DNA of 64,000 nt from an uncultured Gammaproteobacteria bacterium (GCA_942490995.1 CALOBG010000020.1:22004-86003); one strand, 5' to 3'; counted from the stretch's first letter, positions 46,114 through 56,189 are shown. Numbers and translations: made by a program. Notes: generated by a model from the letters alone, not told the origin.

Positions 46114-47286
46114 TCATGCCGCGTGATCGCGAAACTCGCCGGCGAGTCGCGACTGGAACCAGGCGCCGAGGCTGATCACACCGACGCCGGCGATCACGAA
46201 CGCGGTCCCGTAGCCGCTGTGATCGATGATTGCGCCGAAGATCACGACCCCCAGCCCCTGGCCGAGAAACAGCATGAACACCCATAGCGACACCGCGGTG
46301 CCGCGCGCGGCGGCGGATAATTCCGTGGCGCGCGTCTGCATGGTGTTGTGAAACAGGTAGAAGCCGAAACCGGCGATCGCGAACACCGGCATACACAGCC
46401 ACCACACCGGCACCACCAGCAGCACGAGGTAGCTCACGCCGGTGAGTGCGGTGCCAACGGCAATCATGCGGCGCTCGCCGAGCAGTGGCACAAGCCGGTA
46501 CACCGCCGCGGCGTAAATCAACCCGCCGACGCCGTACATGCCGAGCACCATGCCGATGTAGGCATAACTCAGTGCATGGACGTGGCGCAGGTAAGCGCCG
46601 AAATAGGCCAGCACACCGAAAATCAGCATGCCTTCGAGGGTGCCGGTGATGATCAAATCGCGCGAGCGACGACTGCGGAACAGTCCCCCGTACAGGCGCA
46701 GTACTTCGCTCAGGCGTTGCGTGGTGGCCCTGGGTTTCGTCGCCGCGCCGTCAGCGTTCAGCCACAGGGCGAGCGCAAACGCGGCGCAGAAAAACGCAAA
46801 AAAGTAGAAGATGTGACGCCATTGGAGGAACTCCGCCGCCAGTCCACCGAGCACGCCGCCGGCGATCTGGCCGAGCACGAGGCCGTTGACGTAGCGACCG
46901 ATGACCGGCTGGCGGCGCTCGTAGGGCACCTCGTCGGCGATATAGGCCATCGCCAGCGGCACCGTCGCGGCCATCGCGAGTCCGGAAAAGAACCGCATCA
47001 CGGTCAGGCTTTCGAGTGTCTGCACCAGGCCACAGGCGAATACGAACAGGGTCGAGGCGCCGAGCGCCAGTGCGATCACGCGGAGTTTGCCGAAACGGTC
47101 GCCGAGCGGGCCGAACAGGATCTGGCAGGCGCCGTAGGGTACCGCGAAAGCCGTCACGATCAGTCCCGCATCGCCGACGGTGGTGCCGAACTCGGCGGCG
47201 ACCACCGGCAGCAACGGCCCGGTCACGGTCATGACGGCAACGACGATGAAGCCGACGGCGCTGAGCAGGAAAATGGTCGCATTCAT
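46114..47286 (-). CDS. MFS transporter
   Basis: 12 predicted TM helices. Motif GPLGDRFGK. Confidence 0.85.
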   Translation of the reverse strand: MNATIFLLSAVGFIVVAVMTVTGPLLPVVAAEFGTTVGDAGLIVTAFAVPYGACQILFGPLGDRFGKLRVIALALGASTLFVFACGLVQTLESLTVMRFFSGLAMAATVPLAMAYIADEVPYERRQPVIGRYVNGLVLGQIAGGVLGGLAAEFLQWRHIFYFFAFFCAAFALALWLNADGAATKPRATTQRLSEVLRLYGGLFRSRRSRDLIITGTLEGMLIFGVLAYFGAYLRHVHALSYAYIGMVLGMYGVGGLIYAAAVYRLVPLLGERRMIAVGTALTGVSYLVLLVVPVWWLCMPVFAIAGFGFYLFHNTMQTRATELSAAARGTAVSLWVFMLFLGQGLGVVIFGAIIDHSGYGTAFVIAGVGVISLGAWFQSRLAGEFRDHAA

Positions 47287-47539
47287 GTCGGTGGTCGCCG
47301 TGCAGGGGGGCAGCGCTTACAGGTCGACGCCGTCCGCTGCAGGACCACGCAGTTTACTCGAAGCGTACACAAAACGATTGCCGACAGCGCCGGATTCAAG
47401 CTCGATGGCCGTGTGACGTTACCTTATGGATTAGTCACACCCACGGCAGGGGTGCCGGTGGCCGGGCGAAAAAACCCGTCGATTCTTCTAAACTCACGCT
47501 CGGGTGCCGGATAGTGCGGCGACATTGACAGCAAACACG

Positions 47540-48355
47540 ATGACCAAGACCGCACTGGAACGCCTCCTTGAGATCGGCTTCGAAACAGCCGGCGAGTGGA
47601 TCCTGGACGACGCCGATCTGCATATCGAACTGCGCCGCTATGGCAGCGCGGCGAATGTCCTCTACGCCTTCGTCAGTGACGATGAATTGCTCTACATCGG
47701 TCGCTCGGGGCGCTCGCTGCAATCGCGCATGGACGGCTATCAGAACGGCGGACCACCGCGCTCGGTGCGTACGCTGAATCGCGCCCGTATCAGCGCCATG
47801 CTGATGGTCGACCAGCCGGTAGAACTTTATGCCATGCCCGATCCCGGGAACCTTCACTATGGCTCGTTCCGGGTCAATCTCGCCGCCGGTCTGCAGCACA
47901 GCCTGATCGAAGCGCTGGACCCGCCCTGGAACCGTGCCGGGGCCGACATTCGCCCGCCCCCGCGCAGGCCGCAGGCGCGCGAAGTACGCAAGCGTCGCAG
48001 CCACCTGGTCGACGCCGACAACGCCACCTATACCGATCTCACCACCGACCGGCCCGGCTACCGCTTCCTGGTCGGATACCATTACATGGACAAGGGGTTT
48101 TTCAATGTTCCGCTGCGCTATTCACGCCTGTTCGGAGACGATCAGCAGAAAATTCGCATCCTGTGCGGGCGCGAGCGCGACACCATCCATGGCCATATCG
48201 ATCGCTCCAGCAATACCAACGCCTCGCCACGCATTGTCGGCGGACGCAAACTCAAGCGCTGGTTCGAGGACAATACCGGCATCAACAATCCGGTCGATAT
48301 CGACATTCTGGCGCCGAACGCGGTCTGGATCCGCAATCCGGGCACGCGCTTTTAG
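47540..48355 (+). CDS. GIY-YIG-like (T5orf172-like) domain protein with uncharacterised C-terminal domain
   Basis: NVLYAFVSDDELLYIGRSGRSLQSRMDGYQNGG resembles the GIY...YIG nuclease core plus conserved Arg and Glu. C-terminal 150 aa unrecognised. Confidence 0.45.
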   Translation: MTKTALERLLEIGFETAGEWILDDADLHIELRRYGSAANVLYAFVSDDELLYIGRSGRSLQSRMDGYQNGGPPRSVRTLNRARISAMLMVDQPVELYAMPDPGNLHYGSFRVNLAAGLQHSLIEALDPPWNRAGADIRPPPRRPQAREVRKRRSHLVDADNATYTDLTTDRPGYRFLVGYHYMDKGFFNVPLRYSRLFGDDQQKIRILCGRERDTIHGHIDRSSNTNASPRIVGGRKLKRWFEDNTGINNPVDIDILAPNAVWIRNPGTRF

Positions 48356-48484
48356 CTACGCTATCCTGCACACCTGCACCATCGCGGAGCGTCCGTGGCG
48401 GCGAAAAATACCTCGATTTTGTCGTCCGACATCGCCGGACTGCACTTGGCCTGTGCGATAGATTAAACTTGACCGCGAAGCGCG

Positions 48485-49390
48485 ATGGATAAATCACACA
48501 CACAGCTTGCCGTGCTCTTCGCCGACGTGTCCGGAAGTACGCGGCTGTATGAGCAATACGGTGACGCCATCGCGCGGGCGGACATGGCCGCGTGTATCGC
48601 CCTGCTCGACCGTACTGCCCGCAGCCTGGGCGGCGAAACCCTGAAGACGATCGGCGACGAAATCATGGTCGCCTTCGTCGATCCGGTCAAAGCCGCGCTG
48701 TCAGCCGCGGAAATGCAGGCCACCCTGCGCCGCGCCGGCGAGGAAGGCGAATTCCAGATGGGCGTACTGCACATCAAGATCGGCTGGCATTTCGGCAATG
48801 TCGCGTGGCGTGGCGAGGAACTCGTCGGCGAAACACCGATTGCCGCCCAGCAGATCATCAACCTCGCCAAGGCCGACGAGATCCTGACTTCGAAAAATTC
48901 CATCGACGCGATCCCACCGCAGATGTTCCCCGACGTTCACCTGATCGACACGGTGCGCGCGGAAGCCTGGGATGGCCAGCTGCAGATCTACAAAATGCCG
49001 TGGGAACAGACCGGCGACGAAACCCAGATCAGCTCGAAACCACACCTGCAGGTGACGCAGACCGAGATCGTGCTCGACCTCGTTTATGCCGGACAGAAGA
49101 TCCGCGTTGACGGCAGGAATGACGTCTGCGCGGTCGGGCGCGGTAAACAGGCCATGTTGCAGGTCAACGGGAAACTGACCTCACGACAGCATGCCGAGAT
49201 CACCTGCCGCAATGGTCGTTTCAGCATCCGCGATGAGAGTACCAACGGAACCTATGTCGTGCAGAGCGACGGTGAACGTACCCACCTGCGGCGTGAGGAA
49301 GGTATCCTCAGCGGCAAGGGTACGCTCGGCTTCGGCAGCTGGCCCGAAGACGACCCTGGCGGCACGGTCACCTTCAGCTGCACGACCTGA
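48485..49390 (+). CDS. Class III adenylate/guanylate cyclase domain fused to a C-terminal FHA domain
   Basis: Cyclase motifs LAVLFADVSGST and KTIGDEIMVAF. C-terminal FHA pattern (VGRGKQAMLQVNGKLTSRQHAEITCRNGRFSIRDESTNGTYV). Confidence 0.75.
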   Translation: MDKSHTQLAVLFADVSGSTRLYEQYGDAIARADMAACIALLDRTARSLGGETLKTIGDEIMVAFVDPVKAALSAAEMQATLRRAGEEGEFQMGVLHIKIGWHFGNVAWRGEELVGETPIAAQQIINLAKADEILTSKNSIDAIPPQMFPDVHLIDTVRAEAWDGQLQIYKMPWEQTGDETQISSKPHLQVTQTEIVLDLVYAGQKIRVDGRNDVCAVGRGKQAMLQVNGKLTSRQHAEITCRNGRFSIRDESTNGTYVVQSDGERTHLRREEGILSGKGTLGFGSWPEDDPGGTVTFSCTT

Positions 49391-49402
49391 CCCCGACCGC
49401 GC

Positions 49403-49648
49403 TCAGCGGCCGGGCTTTTTGCGCAGACGCAATACGATCTGCACACCGGCATAGATATCCATCACCACGCCGCTACCGATCAGCGACCAGGCCACTCCCG
49501 GACGGGCCAGCCGGGGTAGCGACTCCGGAAGCATCAAACCCGCCACGCCGGCCGCAATCAGCAGCATCGCGAACATGCTGAGAATGATGAACGGCAGGAT
49601 CAGGGCCAACGCGTCGACCTTGTCCCTGGAACCAGATTGCTCAGCCAC
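49403..49648 (-). CDS. Small hypothetical membrane protein
   Basis: 81 aa with two TM helices. No domain recognised. Confidence 0.4.
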   Translation of the reverse strand: MAEQSGSRDKVDALALILPFIILSMFAMLLIAAGVAGLMLPESLPRLARPGVAWSLIGSGVVMDIYAGVQIVLRLRKKPGR

Positions 49649-49725
49649 GCCTCAGCCTTCTCCGCTTTGAGCGACGGACAGTACCGGCTGGGTCTCGCTG
49701 TCGCCGACCACTTTCGTCATCAGGT

Positions 49726-50985
49726 TCATCTCCGGGCGTGCTCGGTGTGCCCGGTCCGCGCCACGTACGCCGCGACCCGCCACGCGACCACCACCGCGAC
49801 CAGCAGGCACGCCGCCACCGCGTAGTAGACTTCGGTCACCGCACCGGCGTCGAGCATGTGTCCGAACACCACCGGGCTGATAGCAATGCCCAGATCCAGC
49901 CCTGAATACACCACGCCATAGACGCGCCCGGTCGCGCCGGCCGGGGTCGCCGAGCGGATCAGCATGTCGCGGGACGGACCAGACAGGCCCGAACCGAAAC
50001 CCATTACCGCCATCAGGCCGAGGGCCACCACCGCCGGCAGAATTTTCGTCCCGATCAATACCGCCGCCAGCACCGACAGGGTCAGCGCAATAGTGATATT
50101 GCGTTCAAGCATGCGGCTGCGCTGCACCAGCCAGCCGCCGACCAGCATGCCGGTGCCGCTGGCAAGCATGTAGATGGTGACGCTGAGCGCGGCCGTGGTC
50201 AGGGTCACGCCATAGCCGTCGCTGAAGATGGTCGGCGAAAAGCTCTGCACGCCGCCGAGCGCTGCCGCGACGAAGGTAAAAAACAGGAAACACAACCACA
50301 CCGCCGGGCTGCGCATGAAAGCGAACTTTGATTCCGGCGCGGGGCGATTTTCCTGCGCCGCGTTGGCCGCGACGCTAATCACGTCGGGCGCCATGATGTC
50401 GCGACACACCCACACCACGCCGATCGTCAACAGCGGCAGGACCGCGGCGGCGGCTACTGCAACGCGCCAGCCGAACGGTACCGCCAGACCGACCAGGAAC
50501 ACCGGCGCCGCGGCCCAGCCCAGGCTGCCGGTCAGGCCGTGTATGGAGTAGGCCGGGCCCAGTCGCGGCACGCTGACGCGGTGGTTGATCAGCCAGAAGT
50601 CGACCGGATGAAACACCGCATTACCGAGGCCGACCAACACCGCACCAACCAGCAGTGACGGGTAATCGCCGCTGAAGGCAATCACCAATGCGCCCAGCGC
50701 CAGGCAGGCAAGACCACCGATCAGGGTCTTGAGCGCGCCGTAGCGGTCGACAACGAAGCCGGCCGCGGCCTGGCCGCAGCCCGAGACCACGAACAAGACG
50801 CTCATGATGAAGCCGAGTTCGGCGTAGCTGAGCGCAAACTCGTCGCGCAGCCACGGAAACAGCGGCGCGAGTACAAGCTGGAAAAAATGGCTGACGAGGT
50901 GGGCGAACGCCACCACTGACACGATCAGGGCGTCGCGCCGCAGTGGCGGCGCCGCATCGACCGCTTCACCGGCGCTGGCGCTCAT
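49726..50985 (-). CDS. MFS transporter
   Basis: 12 TM helices, 419 aa. Confidence 0.85.
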   Translation of the reverse strand: MSASAGEAVDAAPPLRRDALIVSVVAFAHLVSHFFQLVLAPLFPWLRDEFALSYAELGFIMSVLFVVSGCGQAAAGFVVDRYGALKTLIGGLACLALGALVIAFSGDYPSLLVGAVLVGLGNAVFHPVDFWLINHRVSVPRLGPAYSIHGLTGSLGWAAAPVFLVGLAVPFGWRVAVAAAAVLPLLTIGVVWVCRDIMAPDVISVAANAAQENRPAPESKFAFMRSPAVWLCFLFFTFVAAALGGVQSFSPTIFSDGYGVTLTTAALSVTIYMLASGTGMLVGGWLVQRSRMLERNITIALTLSVLAAVLIGTKILPAVVALGLMAVMGFGSGLSGPSRDMLIRSATPAGATGRVYGVVYSGLDLGIAISPVVFGHMLDAGAVTEVYYAVAACLLVAVVVAWRVAAYVARTGHTEHARR

Positions 50986-51024
50986 GCCAGCCCCGCTCGC
51001 GTGGCTCGCGCAGGCGCGCCGGAA

Positions 51025-51435
51025 TTATGGATCGACCAGGGTCCTGCCATACGCCGCGGTCTCGACCAGGGCCGTGTCGAGAAATTCCTCAACCGCGGTG
51101 ATGCGGCCTTTGTCCACTGAAAACACGAACGCGTAGTCGTTGTCATAGCGTCGACCAAAAATCGTTTTTGCCTCACCGTGACCGAGCGCCACAACCCGCC
51201 TGCCCTCGCCGATCAGTTCGTCGACATGCACTACCAGGTCACCGTCGATCTGTTTGCGCCAGGGCACAAAAAACTTGTTGACGATCTCATCGAGCCCACG
51301 ATACACGCCTGATACGGGCGTGCTGCCTTTGAGGTCATAGACGATGTCCTCGGCGAACAGGGCGAAGGCCTGCTCGGCCTCGCCGGCGGCAATATGATCA
51401 AACCACTGTTGCACTATTTTCTGACTTTCGGACAT
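51025..51435 (-). CDS. NTF2-like (SnoaL/ketosteroid-isomerase-like) protein
   Basis: 136 aa. Start at MSESQK with GAGGAG RBS. The longer ORF N-terminus is non-coding-like. Confidence 0.6.
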   Translation of the reverse strand: MSESQKIVQQWFDHIAAGEAEQAFALFAEDIVYDLKGSTPVSGVYRGLDEIVNKFFVPWRKQIDGDLVVHVDELIGEGRRVVALGHGEAKTIFGRRYDNDYAFVFSVDKGRITAVEEFLDTALVETAAYGRTLVDP

Positions 51436-51541
51436 GATGCTCCTCGGAATTTGATCTGCCTGAGCGGCCGCGCACGATAACCTGACGCCGGCCGCGACGC
51501 CAGCGAGAAGCCTGTCGGCCGCAAAAACCACGGAGAACCGC

Positions 51542-52540
51542 ATGAAAGCCTTACTCAGCGTCGCCCCCGGCGGCCCCGACACCCTTGAACTGAAAACCGT
51601 CGCCGCGCCGGAACCCGGCCCGGGCGAGGTCCGGATCCGCGTACGCGCATGCGGCGTCAATTACCCGGACACCCTGATCATCGAGGACAAGTATCAGTTT
51701 CGCCCGCCGCGACCGTTTTCCCCCGGCGGTGAGGTCGCCGGTGAAATCGACGCGGTCGGCGAGGGTGTCAGCGGCTTCAAAGCCGGTGACCGCGTCATCG
51801 GCATGACCGGCTGGGGCGGTATGGCCGAACAGGTCGTAACCCCCGCGATCAAGTGCGCGCCAACCCCGGACAGCATGCCCGACGACGAGGCTGCGGCCTT
51901 TATTTTCACTTACGGCACGTCCTATTACGCACTCAAGCAGCGCGCCCAGCTTCGCGCCGGCGAATCACTGCTGGTGCTCGGCGCCGCTGGCGGCGTCGGC
52001 CTGGCCGCGGTCGAACTCGGGCGGGCCATGGGCGCGCAGGTTATCGCCGCGGTGTCCAGCGAAGAAAAGCTGGCCCTGGCCAAGGCCCACGGCGCCGTCG
52101 ACGGCGTCGTTTATCCGCGCGGTCCGTTTGACAAGGACCAGAGCAAGACCCTCGCCGCGCAGTTCAAGGACGTTGCCGGTAAAGCCGGCGCCAACGTCAT
52201 CTACGACGCCGTCGGCGGCGATTATGCCGAAGCCGCGCTGCGCGCCATTGCCTGGGAAGGCCGCTTTCTGGTGGTCGGCTTTCCGGCCGGCATTCCGCGC
52301 ATACCGCTGAACCTGGCGCTGCTCAAGGGCTGCCAGATCGTCGGCATTTTCTGGGGGTCGTTCTATGAACGCGACCCGGCGAGTAACGCGCAGAATATCC
52401 GTGAACTGTGCGATTTCTACCTCGCCGGCAAAATCAAACCGTATGTCTCGGCGCGCTACCCGCTGGCCGAAGCCGCGCAGGGCATCACCGATCTCGCCGA
52501 ACGCCGCGCGATGGGCAAAATCGTGATCACTATCGACTGA
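51542..52540 (+). CDS. NADPH:quinone oxidoreductase (zinc-independent MDR family)
   Basis: Quinone-oxidoreductase-type N-terminus (GEVRIRVRACGVNYPD) and nucleotide motif LVLGAAGGVG. Confidence 0.85.
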   Translation: MKALLSVAPGGPDTLELKTVAAPEPGPGEVRIRVRACGVNYPDTLIIEDKYQFRPPRPFSPGGEVAGEIDAVGEGVSGFKAGDRVIGMTGWGGMAEQVVTPAIKCAPTPDSMPDDEAAAFIFTYGTSYYALKQRAQLRAGESLLVLGAAGGVGLAAVELGRAMGAQVIAAVSSEEKLALAKAHGAVDGVVYPRGPFDKDQSKTLAAQFKDVAGKAGANVIYDAVGGDYAEAALRAIAWEGRFLVVGFPAGIPRIPLNLALLKGCQIVGIFWGSFYERDPASNAQNIRELCDFYLAGKIKPYVSARYPLAEAAQGITDLAERRAMGKIVITID

Positions 52541-52640
52541 ACTGGAAACACGTTCCGGATCGCGACGGACCGTGACGTTCGGCGCTACGCTTCGTTATCG
52601 GAGCGCGCGCTGTTCATTCGCGTCCGCGCGCCGTCGGTAT

Positions 52641-53087
52641 TCAGGAACCGCCGTCGTTCATCCCGGTCGGCACCTCGTCCATACGCAGGGCGGTGAAACG
52701 ACGCGAAAGAAATTTCCAGCCCTCGCGGGTCGCCATATACTCATCCTCGTAATAGCCGGCGCCGAGCCAGTCCATGTTGTTGCGCGCGCTGCGCAAATCG
52801 AGGTAACAGCGCCCACTCGCAAACCCGTCGGTGGTCAGTTCAACAACGTGGTTGTGAATATAAGGACGTGGCATGAAGTCGGTCGCGCCGGTAAAAAACT
52901 CACGCAGCTTGTCGCGACCGCTGACGGTCGTCGTGCTGCCGTTGAGGATGGCGGTGAAGGTGCCGTCGGTCGTGAACAAGCGGGCCAGGCCGTCGATGTC
53001 ATCGCGCCAAACACAATCGCAATAGCGGACCGGCAGATCACGGATCGCCTCACGCGCGAGCAGGTCGTTCAGCTGTTGTTCGAGCAT
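52641..53087 (-). CDS. SnoaL-like polyketide-cyclase-fold protein
   Basis: 148 aa. Start at MLEQQ with GAGGGAAAAGG RBS. Confidence 0.65.
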   Translation of the reverse strand: MLEQQLNDLLAREAIRDLPVRYCDCVWRDDIDGLARLFTTDGTFTAILNGSTTTVSGRDKLREFFTGATDFMPRPYIHNHVVELTTDGFASGRCYLDLRSARNNMDWLGAGYYEDEYMATREGWKFLSRRFTALRMDEVPTGMNDGGS

Positions 53088-53237
53088 CCTTTTCCCTCGG
53101 ATCGACGACAAGACCGGCAGTATAACCGCGTAAAACCGTTCCCGGCATGATGACATTGGCTACGGCCAGACCTGCCCTATCGGCCCGCGGCGGGATTCTG
53201 CAATAATCCCGGTCTGATATCAGCGGGGAGAATCATC

Positions 53238-55091
53238 GTGGGCGCCAAAGCCAGCATCCTGTTTGTGTGTAGCCTCCTGCTCGGCGGGACGGCGCACGCC
53301 GACGATACCGAGCCGCCCCAATTCGACGGCGCGCTGCTGTTTCAGACCAACTGCGCCTACTGCCACGACCGTGAACTGCCGCGCATGCCGTCGCGGGCGG
53401 GACTCAGGGAAAAAGACCCGCGCGATATCTTTACCGCCATCAGCGCTGGTGTCATGCAACCCTATGCACGCCAACTCACGCACGGCGAACGACGCGCGGT
53501 AGCCGAGTACGCAGCCGGCAAATCGCTCGGCGCATTCGCCTCGGGCGCCGCGGCCATTCCGCCGGCGGCCTATTGCAACAGCGCCCCGGCGCAGGTTCTG
53601 ACGAACGTCGACTCGGGTTGGAACAGCTGGGGTAACGATCTCGCCAATACGCGCTTCCAGGGTAGCGCCCGCGCCGGACTCAGCGCCGCCGAAGTACCAC
53701 GCCTGAAACTCAAATGGGTGTTCGGCGTGCCGGCGGTATCGACCATGTCCGGCCAGCCGGTGGTCGCCGACGGGCGACTGATGTTCGGCACGTTTTCAGG
53801 CCTGGTGATCGCCCTCGACGCATCGAGTGGCTGCGCGCTGTGGGTGTTCGAGGCGGACGCCGGGGTACGTACCGCGCTGACCCTGGCGACCCTGGCGGAC
53901 GGCACGGTGCGGGTGTTTTTCGGTGATTTGAGCGGCAAGGTTTATTCGGTCAATCCCGCCACCGGCATCGCTGACTGGTCGATCCTGGCCGACAACCATC
54001 CGCACAGCCGCATTACCGGCACCCCGGTATATCACAACAACCGCCTGTACATTCCGCTCTCCTCGCTGGAAGAAGTTGCCGGCGCGATGCCCGATTACGA
54101 ATGCTGCACTTTCCGCGGCGGCGTGCTCAGCGTCGACGCCAGCAACGGCAAGGAGATCTGGCGCACCTACACCATTCGCGAGGCGCCGAGCAAACGCGGC
54201 AAAAACGCCATCGGCGCGCAGCGCTGGGCGCCGTCCGGCGCGGCGGTGTGGACCGCGCCGACGCTCGATCCAGACACCAACAGCCTGTATATCGTCACCG
54301 GCGACAGCTATTCCGATCCGGCCGCGCCGGAGTCCGATGCCGTCATGGCGCTGGCCATGGACAGCGGTGAAATCAAGTGGATCACACAAACGCTGGCCGG
54401 CGATGCGTACACGATCGCGTGCATGGATCCGTCGCCGGAATCGATGGTGGCATGTCCGGAATCCAAAGGCCCGGATCTCGACTTCGGCAGTTCTCCGATC
54501 CTCGCCACCCGCAGCGATGGCAGCCGCATCCTGCTGGCCGGGCAGAAGTCGGGGTGGATGCATGCGCTCAACCCGGCTGACGGCGAGATCGTGTGGCAGC
54601 ACGAGGTCGGTCCCGGCGGCATCGTTGGCGGCATCGAGTGGGGTTTCGCGAGCGACGCCAGCAAGGTCTACGTGGCGATCTCGGGAGCCTGGGAAAAAGG
54701 CCCGGGTGAAGCCGGCGGCATCACCGCGCTGAAACTCGACGACGGCAGCAAGGTGTGGGCGGTGGCGCCGCACCAGGGCACCTGCGCTGACCGCGACGGC
54801 TGTAACACCGGCCAACTGGCGGCGGTGAGTGCCATCGACGGGGTGGTTTTTTCCGGCAGCCTCGACGGCCACCTGCGCGGCTACGACAGCGCCACCGGCG
54901 AGGTCGTGTGGGACGTCGATACCTATGGCCGCTTCGATACCGTTAACGGCGTTCCCGCCCGCGGCGGTTCGATCAACGGCCCGGGGCCGGCGATTGCCAA
55001 CGGTATGGTCTACGTGAACTCCGGCTACGGCATGTGGAACCGCTGGATGCCGGGCAACGCCCTGCTCGCCTACAGCGTCGACGGAAATTAA
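53238..55091 (+). CDS. PQQ beta-propeller repeat protein with N-terminal c-type cytochrome domain
   Basis: Signal peptide. Haem-binding CAYCH at residues 39-43. Remainder has a PQQ-repeat beta-propeller pattern (W-containing repeats, GxxxAxDxxTG). Confidence 0.7.
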   Translation: MGAKASILFVCSLLLGGTAHADDTEPPQFDGALLFQTNCAYCHDRELPRMPSRAGLREKDPRDIFTAISAGVMQPYARQLTHGERRAVAEYAAGKSLGAFASGAAAIPPAAYCNSAPAQVLTNVDSGWNSWGNDLANTRFQGSARAGLSAAEVPRLKLKWVFGVPAVSTMSGQPVVADGRLMFGTFSGLVIALDASSGCALWVFEADAGVRTALTLATLADGTVRVFFGDLSGKVYSVNPATGIADWSILADNHPHSRITGTPVYHNNRLYIPLSSLEEVAGAMPDYECCTFRGGVLSVDASNGKEIWRTYTIREAPSKRGKNAIGAQRWAPSGAAVWTAPTLDPDTNSLYIVTGDSYSDPAAPESDAVMALAMDSGEIKWITQTLAGDAYTIACMDPSPESMVACPESKGPDLDFGSSPILATRSDGSRILLAGQKSGWMHALNPADGEIVWQHEVGPGGIVGGIEWGFASDASKVYVAISGAWEKGPGEAGGITALKLDDGSKVWAVAPHQGTCADRDGCNTGQLAAVSAIDGVVFSGSLDGHLRGYDSATGEVVWDVDTYGRFDTVNGVPARGGSINGPGPAIANGMVYVNSGYGMWNRWMPGNALLAYSVDGN

Positions 55092-55160
55092 GGCCGGTCA
55101 GTCAATCGTGGCCTGTTCCATCGGATCCGGTCCGCGCGACGGCAGACTGTCCGTATAGGT

Positions 55161-55625
55161 ATGTCCGAGCGCGGCACAATATTTTTTGACGACCTCGCGC
55201 CCGGCGACCGTTTCAGTTTCGGGCCCTACCACGTGGCGCGCGAGGAACTGATCGCGTTCAACACGCGCTGGGACCCCTTGCCGATCCACATGGACGATGA
55301 CGCCGCGCGCGCCCGTGGCATGAAGGGCCTGAGCGCTTCCGGCCAGTACACCCTGTGTATCAAGCAGGCCATGTTGAATCAGGCCGACTGGACCGATGCC
55401 GTGCTCGGCGCGCTCGGTTTCGACGAACTGCGTTTTCCGCATCCGGTCTATCCGGGTGACGATATCCGCCTCGATATCGAATGCCTGGAAACGCGCGCCT
55501 CGCGCAGCAAACCCGACCGCGGTATCGTCAAGTTCGCGTTCCGGCTGACCAACCAGGACGATGTCCTGGTCCTGAGTTATCTCGACACGGTGATGTTTGC
55601 GCGCCGCCCCGGCGCGGCGAACTGA
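55161..55625 (+). CDS. MaoC-family (R)-hydratase, hotdog fold
   Basis: 154-aa MaoC-like sequence (FNTRWDPLPIHMDDDAARARGMKGLSASGQY). Confidence 0.8.
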   Translation: MSERGTIFFDDLAPGDRFSFGPYHVAREELIAFNTRWDPLPIHMDDDAARARGMKGLSASGQYTLCIKQAMLNQADWTDAVLGALGFDELRFPHPVYPGDDIRLDIECLETRASRSKPDRGIVKFAFRLTNQDDVLVLSYLDTVMFARRPGAAN

Positions 55626-55691
55626 CCCGCATCCTGAAAATCATGCCGCGCGGCGCCGATGCCGTCAGCGGTGCAACTGCGAGGACCTCCC

Positions 55692-56174
55692 ATGACCACG
55701 CCAGCACTCGAACAACAAGTTGCCCGTCTCAGCGCGATCGAGGACATCAAGCAACTAAAAGCCCGCTACTGCTCTCTGTGCGACGCGAACTACGACCCTG
55801 ACGGCCTCGCCGCGCTGTTTGTCGATGACGGCGTGTGGGATGGCGGACCGGAATTCGGACGCCACGCCGGACGCGACGCGATCCGAAAATTTTTTCGCGG
55901 CGCCTCCGGCAGTATCGTGTTTGCCGCGCACCTGGTCATGAATCCGATCATCGAGGTCGCCGCCGACGCGCACAGCGCGACCGGTAAATGGCGGTTGATC
56001 ATGCCCTGCACCGTGCTCGACGACGCCGGTACGGCCGAATCGCGCTGGCTGCTGTCCGCCTACGACGAGTCCTACGTCTGCGTCGACACCGGCTGGCTGT
56101 TCAAATCACTGACCGTCGATTCGCAGTTTTATGCCGCCCATCTCAGCGGCTGGGCGGACCAGACCAGCGCCTGA
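55692..56174 (+). CDS. NTF2-like (SnoaL-like) protein
   Basis: 160 aa. Start at MTTPAL with GAGGA RBS. Confidence 0.6.
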   Translation: MTTPALEQQVARLSAIEDIKQLKARYCSLCDANYDPDGLAALFVDDGVWDGGPEFGRHAGRDAIRKFFRGASGSIVFAAHLVMNPIIEVAADAHSATGKWRLIMPCTVLDDAGTAESRWLLSAYDESYVCVDTGWLFKSLTVDSQFYAAHLSGWADQTSA

Positions 56175-56189
56175 GCGCGCGCCGCGGCG

